A DNA stretch of 64,000 bases. Origin: an uncultured Dehalococcoidales bacterium (lineage in GTDB: Bacteria > Chloroflexota > Dehalococcoidia > GIF9 > UBA5629). Below the pieces are notes generated by a model that saw nothing but the letters and a program-made list of their open reading frames with translations, was not told the DNA's origin and did no database searches. How positions within the stretch are numbered: the first letter of the stretch is position 1; each line of letters opens with the position of its first letter. A program made the position numbers and the translations under genes. Shown here piece after piece: positions 37,010 through 45,987 of the stretch. The stretch covers positions 51,119 through 115,118 of the forward strand of contig CAYNVO010000008.1 in assembly GCA_964400675.1 (NCBI GenBank), written 5' to 3'.

Positions 37010-40000
37010 TCAAGCTGCCTTTTCAATGCCGAGTGAGATTTCGTAATTCGAAATACGAAACTTCTCAGTATGGCTTCCAGCAGGAGGTACTGCTGAAATC
37101 AACTCCCGGGACAACGTTTCCTGCTTAATGTAGTCGGCAAACTTGGTCATAACCAGATGGACTGAATCCCCACCCTCATAATAGGTGAAGATATGGTCAG
37201 CGATATCTAACCCGGATGAGCGGCGCATGGTCTGCAAACGCCGTACAACTTCACGAGCGATTCCTTCAGCCTCCAACTCTGGCGATAGTTCAGTAGATAC
37301 CGCTACCCAGTGGTCACCTTCAACAGCAGAAACATAGCCAGGTCTATCGCTAACCTTTTCACCTGTATGAAATTCCACTTCCTTTACATTGAGTTCTTCT
37401 AATATCTGATAAGTTAGCTTCTGCAAGGCCTCTTTTTCGCCGGCTGACCCTACCTTGACCAACACCCTGGACAATGGTTGGCGCACTTTAATGCCAGACT
37501 TGGCTCTGGCAGCACGTCCGAGACTGCACACCGTCATAGCCAGGCGCGTAGCTTCAATAAGCTTCTCATCTACCTGTGACAGGTCGGCAACAGGAAAGTC
37601 AGCCATGTGTACGCTTTCCACAGCGTCAGGCTCAACTGAGCAAACCAGATTTCTGTAAATCTCCTCAGCGACAAACGGTGTAAAAGGAGCTAGAAGCTTG
37701 GACAGAGTTACTAAGCAATAATATAGTGTCGAATAAGCAGCCAGCTTATCTGCATCGCTCTGGCTTTTCCAGAAACGACGACGACTTCGCCTGACATACC
37801 AGTTGGAAAGCTCGTCAACAAATAACCCGAGCTTCCGTCCGGCTGAAGTAGGGTCATAATTATCTAAAGCTACATCCACATCAGCCACAAGCTGATTGAG
37901 CCTGGAAAGAATCCATCTATCCAGGTCGGAAAGCGCTGTTACAGATGCCGATTTGGGGTCGAAGCGGTCAATATTGGCATAGATGACAAAAAAGGAATAG
38001 ACATTCCACAACGTGAGCAAGAAATTGCGCAAAACTTCAGAGACCGCATCACTGGAAAAGCGGCGGACATTGCCAGCCGGCGCAGTCGTAAATAGATACC
38101 AGCGTAAAGCATCAGCACCATAGTTATCAAGCACCGACCACGGATCAACAACGTTTCCTTTGGCTTTGCTCATCTTGTCGCCTTCGGCATCAAGAATATG
38201 ACCCAGGCAAATAACGTTCTTGAAGCAGGGACTATCAAAAAGTAATGTCGATATGGCATGTAAGCTGTAAAACCAGCCGCGCGTCTGGTCAACAGCTTCT
38301 GAGATATAGTCGGCAGGAAAACTACGCTTAAAAGTATCCTGATTTTCGAAAGGATAGTGCCACTGAGCAAAGGGCATAGCCCCTGAGTCAAACCAGCAAT
38401 CTATAACCTCCGTTTGCCGTTTCATCCTATCGCCACACTTCGAGCAAGGAAAAGTAATGTCATCCACAAAAGGACGGTGCAAGTCCAGCGGTTCAATCAG
38501 ACCTTCGAGATCTGACTTCGATTTCAGTTCATCAAGGCTGCCGATGCATTCATAGCTGCCACAGCTAGAACAACTCCAGATGTTCAACGGTGTCCCCCAG
38601 TAACGTTCCCGGGAAAAAGCCCAGTCTACATTATTCTCCAACCAGTTACCGAAACGACCATACTTTATGTGCTCAGGATACCAGTTTATCTTGTCATTGC
38701 CAGAAATAAGTGCCTCTTTCTTGAGCGATGTCCTGATGTACCATGTTTTTTTGGCATAGTATAGGAGCGGTGCTTCACAACGCCAGCAAAACGGGTAAGT
38801 ATGAACTATCTGCTCGCTGCGGTAGAGCAATTCCCTTGATTTTAGGTCTTCAAGAACAAGAGAGTCAGCGTCCTTGACAAACTTGCCGGCAAAAGGATAA
38901 GTGCCGGTCATTTTCCCATCCAAATCTACAGGCTGAACGAAATCCAGGCCTTCCTTCTTCCCAGCCTCGAAGTCAACTTCACCGAAGGCCGGGGCAATAT
39001 GGACTATACCAGTTCCGTCTTCCATAGAAACAAAATCGCCGGAAATCACATGGTACGTCAAATTTGCATCCGCCGCTTGCAGGGTCAACATTTCATAGGA
39101 AAGATTCTCTTCAGAGGCACGGGCACCGAAACACGCCCTATCAACATCAAAATCGTGGGGGTTAAATAACGGCTGGTATTCAAGCCCGACTAGGTCTTTA
39201 CCAGGAACAGTAGCTATCGATTTATAACTGTCAAGACCGATTCTTTCCGCCAGCGCCGTAGCCAAAATAAGATAATCCTCAGAGCCCTCCATAATACTAT
39301 ACTGCGCTTCTGAAGCTACGGCCAGAGCGGTATTACCGGGTAGCGTCCACGGAGTCGTCGTCCAGGCTAATAAAAATACAGGTTTATCTGATGGATGCAA
39401 AGCAACAGGAAGCTTAAGATTGTCCATAGAACTACGAGCAAGCTTAAACTTTATGTAAACTGATGGGTCCTCAGCATCATCCCTGTAACCCAGAGCCACC
39501 TCATGGGAACTGAGAGAGGTGCCGCACCGCGGGCAATGGGGAGTAACCCTATAGCCCTGGTAAATCAGGCCCTTGTCCCACAGTTGCTTTAACGCCCACC
39601 AGCAAGACTCTATATAGCTGTTTTCCAGCGTGCGATAAGCGTGTTCTAAATCAAGCCAGAAGCCGATGCGCTCGGTCATGGCATCCCATTCCTTAAGATA
39701 TCTGAATACGCTCTCCCGACAAAGCGCATTGAATTTAGCCACGCCATATTCTTCTATCTGAGCCTTGCCGGTAAAACCCAGCGTCTTCTCAACTTCCAGC
39801 TCTACCGGAAGCCCATGGGTGTCCCAACCAGCCTTACGCGGGACATAGTATCCTTTCATAGTCCTGTGTCGTGGGATGACATCCTTAAACACTCGCGACA
39901 GCACATGATGAATCCCCGGACTACCATTGGCTGTAGGCGGCCCCTCGTATATGGTGAATTGTCGTGCTCCATGCCTGAGTTCGAGACTTTTTTTGAAGAT

Positions 40001-40078
40001 CTGGCGCTCTTGCCAGAAACTGAGGATGGTTCTTTCCAATTGGGGGAAATTAACTTTGCTGTTTACCGGTCGGAACAT
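37010..40078 (-). CDS. ileS: Isoleucine--tRNA ligase (type 2-like)
   Basis: EGPPTANG..GIHH, GWDTHGLPVE, WTTTPWTLP, SRERYWGTP, KMSKA. Confidence 0.97.
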   Translation of the reverse strand: MFRPVNSKVNFPQLERTILSFWQERQIFKKSLELRHGARQFTIYEGPPTANGSPGIHHVLSRVFKDVIPRHRTMKGYYVPRKAGWDTHGLPVELEVEKTLGFTGKAQIEEYGVAKFNALCRESVFRYLKEWDAMTERIGFWLDLEHAYRTLENSYIESCWWALKQLWDKGLIYQGYRVTPHCPRCGTSLSSHEVALGYRDDAEDPSVYIKFKLARSSMDNLKLPVALHPSDKPVFLLAWTTTPWTLPGNTALAVASEAQYSIMEGSEDYLILATALAERIGLDSYKSIATVPGKDLVGLEYQPLFNPHDFDVDRACFGARASEENLSYEMLTLQAADANLTYHVISGDFVSMEDGTGIVHIAPAFGEVDFEAGKKEGLDFVQPVDLDGKMTGTYPFAGKFVKDADSLVLEDLKSRELLYRSEQIVHTYPFCWRCEAPLLYYAKKTWYIRTSLKKEALISGNDKINWYPEHIKYGRFGNWLENNVDWAFSRERYWGTPLNIWSCSSCGSYECIGSLDELKSKSDLEGLIEPLDLHRPFVDDITFPCSKCGDRMKRQTEVIDCWFDSGAMPFAQWHYPFENQDTFKRSFPADYISEAVDQTRGWFYSLHAISTLLFDSPCFKNVICLGHILDAEGDKMSKAKGNVVDPWSVLDNYGADALRWYLFTTAPAGNVRRFSSDAVSEVLRNFLLTLWNVYSFFVIYANIDRFDPKSASVTALSDLDRWILSRLNQLVADVDVALDNYDPTSAGRKLGLFVDELSNWYVRRSRRRFWKSQSDADKLAAYSTLYYCLVTLSKLLAPFTPFVAEEIYRNLVCSVEPDAVESVHMADFPVADLSQVDEKLIEATRLAMTVCSLGRAARAKSGIKVRQPLSRVLVKVGSAGEKEALQKLTYQILEELNVKEVEFHTGEKVSDRPGYVSAVEGDHWVAVSTELSPELEAEGIAREVVRRLQTMRRSSGLDIADHIFTYYEGGDSVHLVMTKFADYIKQETLSRELISAVPPAGSHTEKFRISNYEISLGIEKAA

Positions 40079-40080
40079 GC

Positions 40081-40728
40081 CTAATGCTTCTTCAATAGAA
40101 TAGCTACTTTTCGCATTTCGCCTTCACCCATGCTCTGGGTGGTAACATCCGGATTATCAGTCAAAGCTAAATGAATAATCCTGCGCTCATCTGCAGGCAT
40201 AGGCTCGAGTGTTATCAAGCGTCGGCTTCTTTTCACCTGCTCTGCCAAGCGCAAAGCCAGGTTTTGCAAGGACTCGTAACGTCTCTTCTTATAGCCAGCG
40301 ATATCAACATTTACCGGCACCCACGCCTTCAACTTTTCAGCGACTATCAGCCTGATGATATACTGCAGAGAAGCCAAAGTCTGACCACGACGACCGATCA
40401 AGACCCCAAGGTCATCGCCCTCTATATTCAGAGTCACCGGCAACTCGCCGTTGGTTTCTTGAGTAACAGAAACATCGGCGGTTATTTTCATCAACTTAAT
40501 CAACGTCTCCGTTACATCCTTGGCCACCTCAGCTACATCCAATTTTTCGCCGGATACAGGTAAAAGCGTTACCTTTATCTTGGCCTCCTCAGCGCCCATT
40601 CCCAAAACACCAGACTTACCTTTCTTCAATACCGCCACTTTCACCTCGTCTTCACTGACCCCCAATTGCTCCAGTGCTAACTGCAAAGCCTCGCTAACCG
40701 TTTTCCCGCTTACTTCTAGCTCTTTCAT
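40081..40728 (-). CDS. jag: Jag/KhpB RNA-binding protein (KH + R3H)
   Basis: Jag N-domain, IGRRGQTL (KH), ERRIIH (R3H). Confidence 0.93.
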   Translation of the reverse strand: MKELEVSGKTVSEALQLALEQLGVSEDEVKVAVLKKGKSGVLGMGAEEAKIKVTLLPVSGEKLDVAEVAKDVTETLIKLMKITADVSVTQETNGELPVTLNIEGDDLGVLIGRRGQTLASLQYIIRLIVAEKLKAWVPVNVDIAGYKKRRYESLQNLALRLAEQVKRSRRLITLEPMPADERRIIHLALTDNPDVTTQSMGEGEMRKVAILLKKH

Positions 40729-41618
40729 CTTCCAAAAAACCCTCGCTTCTTCTCATCAGATCCCTTCTTCAATGTCTTAGACTCCTCGGTCGCTTTCTGC
40801 GCCGTCTTGGATGGCTTTTCAGTTGACGATATTCTTTGGACCGGCACAGGTTTTTGAGCCGGAGCTTGAGATAGCGCCGGAGCTGCCCTTGGAGCCGAAG
40901 GAGCCCTCAAATATCCCCAGCCGCCACTGACGAAATACTGAATTATAATGCCAATCACATTTGAAACCACCCAGTACAGAGCCAGGCCACTGGGGAAAGA
41001 CAAGGTAAAGAATCCAAACATCAATGGCATCATCATTGTAGTCATGCTTGTCATAGACTGCTGTTTTGGGTCAGTAGGCGGTGGTGTCACCATCTTCTGC
41101 TGCACCCACATAGTGCCACCCACCAATATGGCCAGTATAAGATTAGGGTCTGGTCGTGACAAATGGAGCCAGAGAAACTGGTCATTCAAAGGTACCGCCT
41201 GACCGACTGTTGCCCAGGAGTAAAGATGTTGCGATAAGCTCAATAAGTTCTCCGGTGTAGCTGCCAGGGCTTGCATGATAGACTGGTACAGAGCTATCCA
41301 TATAGGTAACTGGATAAGCATAGGCCAGAGACAGCCCAGAGGATTAATGCCGGCTTCCTTATACAGCTTCATCATCTCCTGCTGTAATTTCTGCTGGTTT
41401 TTGGCATATTTCTTCTGAAGTTCCTGAATCTTTGGTTGCAGTGTTTGCATTGCCTTGGTAGACTGGGTTTGTCGTACAGTAAGCGGAAACAAAGCCAGGC
41501 GGACAGCAACCGTAAGCACAATGATCGCTAGCCCAAAGCTACCACCTAACATAGTACACAAGGCAATCAAGCTGTTGAGCACGGGCTCAAGGATAATACT
41601 ATTCCACAATTCAGCCAT
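40725..41618 (-). CDS. yidC: Membrane protein insertase YidC
   Basis: VRLALFPL, LQPKIQELQKKY, GCLWPMLIQLP, FPSGLALYW. Confidence 0.95.
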   Translation of the reverse strand: MAELWNSIILEPVLNSLIALCTMLGGSFGLAIIVLTVAVRLALFPLTVRQTQSTKAMQTLQPKIQELQKKYAKNQQKLQQEMMKLYKEAGINPLGCLWPMLIQLPIWIALYQSIMQALAATPENLLSLSQHLYSWATVGQAVPLNDQFLWLHLSRPDPNLILAILVGGTMWVQQKMVTPPPTDPKQQSMTSMTTMMMPLMFGFFTLSFPSGLALYWVVSNVIGIIIQYFVSGGWGYLRAPSAPRAAPALSQAPAQKPVPVQRISSTEKPSKTAQKATEESKTLKKGSDEKKRGFFGR

Positions 41619-41626
41619 AACTAACT

Positions 41627-42802
41627 CTACTCAATGTCAGAATAAGGAAATTCCCAGACCTTATCTCCACTCTGCACATCTACAGCATAAACACAGCGAT
41701 TTTTAGCATGCACATAAACCATGTTCTCCTCAACATGAAGTGGAGCCATAACTGAGGAACCAATGGAAACAGTCCTCAGCAAATCTCCACTATCAGACTC
41801 GAGGACATATATCACGCCTGATTCCGAGGCTACGACTAGAAGATTATCTGATAGTACCGGCGCAGAAGCAATAGGGGCATCAGTGGCAAATTGCCACAGC
41901 TTATCACCCGTGCTAACATCAAGAGCATAAATTTGCTGGTCGAGGCAACCAGCATACACCACACCATCTTTAACCACCGGGGTTGACCAGAACCAGTTAC
42001 TGCCCTCAAAAGTCCACTTCTCGCTGCCGTTTGAGCTGTCGATAGCATAAAAATGATTGTCAAAAGTGCCGAAAAAGATGGCATCTTCAGAAACTAATGG
42101 CGAGGAGGCTATAGATGCTGGCAATTCAATTTCCCAAAGCAGGCTGCCGCCCATGCTTGATACAGCAAAAAGCTTCCGCTCGTAATTACTAACATAAATA
42201 ACACCATCTTCAACCGCTGGAGACGTCCATACCTTGCCGCCAGTGTCAAATTCCCATTTCTTTTCCCCATAAGCCGCATCCATGGCGTAGAGCTTGCCAT
42301 CAGAACTGCCCACATAGAGAGTGTCTTCAACCAATACCGGGGTGCCAACAATAGCACCTATGGATTTCACACCAGTAGGATAAATCCACTCACCTTTTGA
42401 CCGTAGTGGGACACCTTCCGTATAGCCGGGAGCCAGCCTATCCATGGCCACCAGTTTCCCATTCTCACCAGCATAGATACAAACACAAACCAGATCTCCA
42501 ACCACTACTGGCGTGGCGTATATGCTTGCTCTCGTTGATGCTGGAACACAAGCGGGGCCACATATTGCACCCTGAGCACCCATTGTGGGAACTGTAAAAG
42601 CCCATTCATTTTCGCTGGGAAAAGGCAGTTCCTGACTACGAGCCTCGGCATTTATCGCCAACACTCTGCCATCAATTGTCCCAAAATAAAGAATACCATC
42701 ACGACCTGCAAATCCAGACCATCCTTGATATCCTGGCCCAGTGCAGCCAGAAACAAGCAGAATTAGGACAACAAGACAGAATAATAGACTTAACTTCTTC
42801 AT
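41627..42802 (-). CDS. PQQ-like/BamB-type beta-propeller repeat lipoprotein
   Basis: Signal peptide ending LVSGC from ATG 42802; repeated 'SP.V..G..Y.G..DG..YA.D...G...W' units. Confidence 0.88.
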   Translation of the reverse strand: MKKLSLLFCLVVLILLVSGCTGPGYQGWSGFAGRDGILYFGTIDGRVLAINAEARSQELPFPSENEWAFTVPTMGAQGAICGPACVPASTRASIYATPVVVGDLVCVCIYAGENGKLVAMDRLAPGYTEGVPLRSKGEWIYPTGVKSIGAIVGTPVLVEDTLYVGSSDGKLYAMDAAYGEKKWEFDTGGKVWTSPAVEDGVIYVSNYERKLFAVSSMGGSLLWEIELPASIASSPLVSEDAIFFGTFDNHFYAIDSSNGSEKWTFEGSNWFWSTPVVKDGVVYAGCLDQQIYALDVSTGDKLWQFATDAPIASAPVLSDNLLVVASESGVIYVLESDSGDLLRTVSIGSSVMAPLHVEENMVYVHAKNRCVYAVDVQSGDKVWEFPYSDIE

Positions 42803-42860
42803 TCTGATCCTAAATAAACCGGTCACCTTATTCATCATTAGCAGCAAAAAATTTAAAATT

Positions 42861-43076
42861 TTATGGCACTGGGTCATAACCACCCGCAGACCAGGGATGG
42901 CAACGTCCTATACGCTTTGCTGCCAGCCAAGTCCCTTTAACAATACCATATTTTTGTATCGACTCATAAGCATAATGAGAGCATGTAGGTTCAAATCGAC
43001 AAGCAGACGGGGTAACTTGCGAAACCGTAGACTGATACAGCTTAATTAACTCCAGCGCGAACCATTTCATTTTCAT
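42861..43076 (-). CDS. yidD: Membrane protein insertion efficiency factor
   Basis: CRFEPTCSHY, RIGRCHPW, GGYDPVP. Confidence 0.95.
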   Translation of the reverse strand: MKMKWFALELIKLYQSTVSQVTPSACRFEPTCSHYAYESIQKYGIVKGTWLAAKRIGRCHPWSAGGYDPVP

Positions 43077-43401
43077 TTATTAAACGAGCTCGTAACAGCA
43101 GCTTTCCTATTGACCTCTTGAGATCATCATAGTCAGCATTCGCCACATCTGGCCGAGCAATAAAAACTATGTCCCACCCAGGTTTTATCGATGTTATACG
43201 TACAACTTCCCTGAGCAAGCGCCGCACCCGATTGCGCACCACAGCCTTACCGACATCCTTAGCTACTGAAAACCCACACCGGCTAAACTCTAAATCATTA
43301 GGTAATGCTTTCATGACAATAAGATTATCTACCCAAGCTTTACCCGATTTATAAACAGTCAGATACTGGGCTCTTTTTGTTAAAGCCCGTCTCTTTGTCA
43401 T
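43042..43401 (-). CDS. rnpA: Ribonuclease P protein component
   Basis: GFSVAKDVGKAVVRNRVRRLLRE (RNR motif). Confidence 0.95.
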   Translation of the reverse strand: MTKRRALTKRAQYLTVYKSGKAWVDNLIVMKALPNDLEFSRCGFSVAKDVGKAVVRNRVRRLLREVVRITSIKPGWDIVFIARPDVANADYDDLKRSIGKLLLRARLINENEMVRAGVN

Positions 43402-43405
43402 GCTT

Positions 43406-43546
43406 CTAAACCGGCGTCAACTGCCACCGCCCCTTGAGCCGCCTTGATTTTAATACCTTCCGTCCTCCTCGGGTCGCCATCCTGGCTCGGAAGCCATTTT
43501 TACGCTTTCTCGATATTTTCTTAGGCTGATACGTTCTCTTAGGCAT
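43406..43546 (-). CDS. rpmH: 50S ribosomal protein L34 (below ORF-track cutoff)
   Basis: Manual translation [46 protein letters not shown]; upstream of rnpA. Confidence 0.96.
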   Translation of the reverse strand: MPKRTYQPKKISRKRKNGFRARMATRGGRKVLKSRRLKGRWQLTPV

Positions 43547-43564
43547 TATAATATCCTTCAGAAG

Positions 43565-43858
43565 CTACGCTCTGGTTTCAGATGTTCTTCCAGGGCTGAC
43601 ATGCTCCGGAGTATAAGGCAATAAAGCCAGGTAGCGAGCTCTCTTTATTGCTAATGCCAGGCGTCGCTGATGCTTGGCACAAATACCTGTCCTACGGCGT
43701 GGCTGAATTCTAGCCCGGTCAGAAATATAGCGCCGCAACTTGGAGGCATCTTTATAATCTATTTCAGCCTTGTCAACACAAAAGGGGCAAACTTTGGGCC
43801 TGAAAACAAAACGACGTCCCCTCTCCCTTGTATCTTTATTCCCCTCACCTTCCTGCAT
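43565..43858 (-). CDS. rpsR: 30S ribosomal protein S18 (Zn-binding C+ type)
   Basis: [31 protein letters not shown]. Confidence 0.95.
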   Translation of the reverse strand: MQEGEGNKDTRERGRRFVFRPKVCPFCVDKAEIDYKDASKLRRYISDRARIQPRRRTGICAKHQRRLALAIKRARYLALLPYTPEHVSPGRTSETRA

Positions 43859-43897
43859 GCTCTAATCTATGCCTCCTTCTAATTAAAAGATAAGTTA

Positions 43898-44320
43898 CTA
43901 AAAAGGTAGATCTTCAGGTTCTACCTCTTCCTCACCAGCTTCCACAGGGCCTTCCACAGAGATTTCTTCACCTGGGAGCGGAGCCAGAGCCTGCTTATCA
44001 AGGAATAGTACCCTGTCGGCATTTACCTCAAGTGTAACACGCTTCTGACCTTCTCGGTCTTCCCAAGTACGAGTGCGTAGGCTCCCCTCAACATAAACAC
44101 GCTGGCCCTTGGTTAAAAACTGATTGCAGCTCTCAGCCTGCTTTCTCCAAGCAGACACTCTAAACCATTCGGTTTCCTGCTTGCGTTCCCCATCCGATGC
44201 AGTATAAACCCGATTGGTAGCGAGACTAAATGAAGCCACCGGCGTACCGCTGGGCGTGAAACGCATCTCGGGATCTGTACCAAGATTTCCAATGAGCATA
44301 ATTTTGGTCAAACTTACCAT
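43898..44320 (-). CDS. ssb: Single-stranded DNA-binding protein
   Basis: LIGNLGTDPE, TEWFRV, VYVEGSL, acidic C-terminus DLPF. Confidence 0.97.
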   Translation of the reverse strand: MVSLTKIMLIGNLGTDPEMRFTPSGTPVASFSLATNRVYTASDGERKQETEWFRVSAWRKQAESCNQFLTKGQRVYVEGSLRTRTWEDREGQKRVTLEVNADRVLFLDKQALAPLPGEEISVEGPVEAGEEEVEPEDLPF

Positions 44321-44337
44321 TACAGCCCTCCTTACAC

Positions 44338-44625
44338 TTAACCCTTTGACCTTACCAATAGATGGCGTAGAATCTTCCCAGAAAGCCGAAGGTTAGCTTC
44401 AAGCTCTTTAGTCGAAGTTGGCTTCAATGTGAGTTTAGTCAATACGTAATTACCCTCTGTCGACCGTTTTATAGGATAAGCAAGCTGTTTCCTTCCCCAC
44501 TGATTCACTTCATCTACGCTCCCGCCGTTTTTACTGATTAACTCGCTCAATTTGGCGATAAAGTCAGGCATTTCCTCATCAGTCACTTCAGGACTGACTA
44601 TAAGCACCAATTCATAACTAGGCAT
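44338..44625 (-). CDS. rpsF: 30S ribosomal protein S6
   Basis: YELVLI, WGRKQLAYPI, ILRHLLV. Confidence 0.95.
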   Translation of the reverse strand: MPSYELVLIVSPEVTDEEMPDFIAKLSELISKNGGSVDEVNQWGRKQLAYPIKRSTEGNYVLTKLTLKPTSTKELEANLRLSGKILRHLLVRSKG

Positions 44626-44761
44626 TCATATTACCCTCAAAACTCAAAGTCTGAACATTATAGCATATCGAAGAAAATAGCAACAAGCTCACGAACGAAC
44701 GTGGGCATTTCTTGCAATTTAACCTCATCTGGCTTATATTTCTTTTTGCCAGGGGGATATT

Positions 44762-45862
44762 TTGGAAGTCTGCGTCATCGGGCTGCCCAAAAGCGGCAAG
44801 ACAACTCTTTTCAACGCCTTGACAGGATGTAAGGCTGACACTACGCCTTATGCCAAAGCTGCCATGACTCCAAATTTTGGAGTGTCTAAGGTACCAGACT
44901 CCAGGTTTCAAGTTCTGGATAGAATATTCAGCCCAAAGAAGATTACGCCAGCTGAAGTAAAATATGTTGATATCGCTGGTATAGCCAGAGATTTCAGCAA
45001 GGGAGAGGGGGTAAGCGGCCAGTTTCTAAACTATCTGAGCAACGCCGACGCGCTGCTCCATGTAGTCCGGGCATTTGAAGACGAAAACGTGCCCCACATA
45101 GAAAGCAGCATCAACCCAGAAAGCGATATAGCCACCATGAACCTGGAGCTTGTGTTCTCCGATTTAACCATAATTGAAAGAAGGCTGAAAAAACTTGAAG
45201 ATTCCTTAAAAGGCGCTAAGCCAGCGGAACGTGACTTTTTCCTGAAAGAACAAGTCTTGATTCAAAAAATTAAGACAGGACTAGAAAAAGATATGCCAAT
45301 CTGGCGACAAAGTCTAACCGGCGAGGAAATTAAAAGTCTGGCTAATTATCAGTTTCTTACTGCTAAACCTATGCTGATAATAATCAACGTCGGAGAGAAC
45401 CAGTTGACTCAGGCATCGGCTCTCGAAGCTGAGATACGCTCGGCCTACCCACACTCCCAATTTGAAGTAGTCGCCCTGTGTGGCAAGCTAGAAATGGAAC
45501 TGGCACAGTTAAACGACGCTGAAGCAGCAGAATTTCGCAATGCTCTGGGACTAACCGAGCCTGCAATTGACCGTATCATACAACTTTCATACAAACTTCT
45601 AGGCTTAATCTCTTTCTTCACCACTGTCTCCGAGGAACTAAAAGCCTGGACAATTCCCAGAGAAACAGTTGCTCTAAAAGCCGCCGGGAAAATCCACTCT
45701 GACATAGAAAAGGGATTTATTCGAGCTGAAGTTGTGAGCTTTCATGATTTAGCTAGATGCGGCAGTCTGGCTGAAGCAAGGAAACACGGACTGCTCAGAC
45801 TCGAAGGCAAAAATTACGCTGTACAGGACGGGGATATAATAACCTTCCTGTTTAATGTTTAG
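44762..45862 (+). CDS. ychF: Redox-regulated ATPase YchF
   Basis: GLPKSGKTT, DIAG, HVVRAF, KAWT, AAGKIHSDIEKGFIRAE, YAVQDGD. Confidence 0.93.
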   Translation: MEVCVIGLPKSGKTTLFNALTGCKADTTPYAKAAMTPNFGVSKVPDSRFQVLDRIFSPKKITPAEVKYVDIAGIARDFSKGEGVSGQFLNYLSNADALLHVVRAFEDENVPHIESSINPESDIATMNLELVFSDLTIIERRLKKLEDSLKGAKPAERDFFLKEQVLIQKIKTGLEKDMPIWRQSLTGEEIKSLANYQFLTAKPMLIIINVGENQLTQASALEAEIRSAYPHSQFEVVALCGKLEMELAQLNDAEAAEFRNALGLTEPAIDRIIQLSYKLLGLISFFTTVSEELKAWTIPRETVALKAAGKIHSDIEKGFIRAEVVSFHDLARCGSLAEARKHGLLRLEGKNYAVQDGDIITFLFNV

Positions 45863-45987
45863 GCAATGTTACCTTCATGCAAAATCTTGCCAGCCTAAGA
45901 AATCCATGATTTATGACGCCACCTTCACCATCCTTACTCCAGATGGTATAATACTCCCACGGGAACAACCCACAAACGAGGAGGAAT

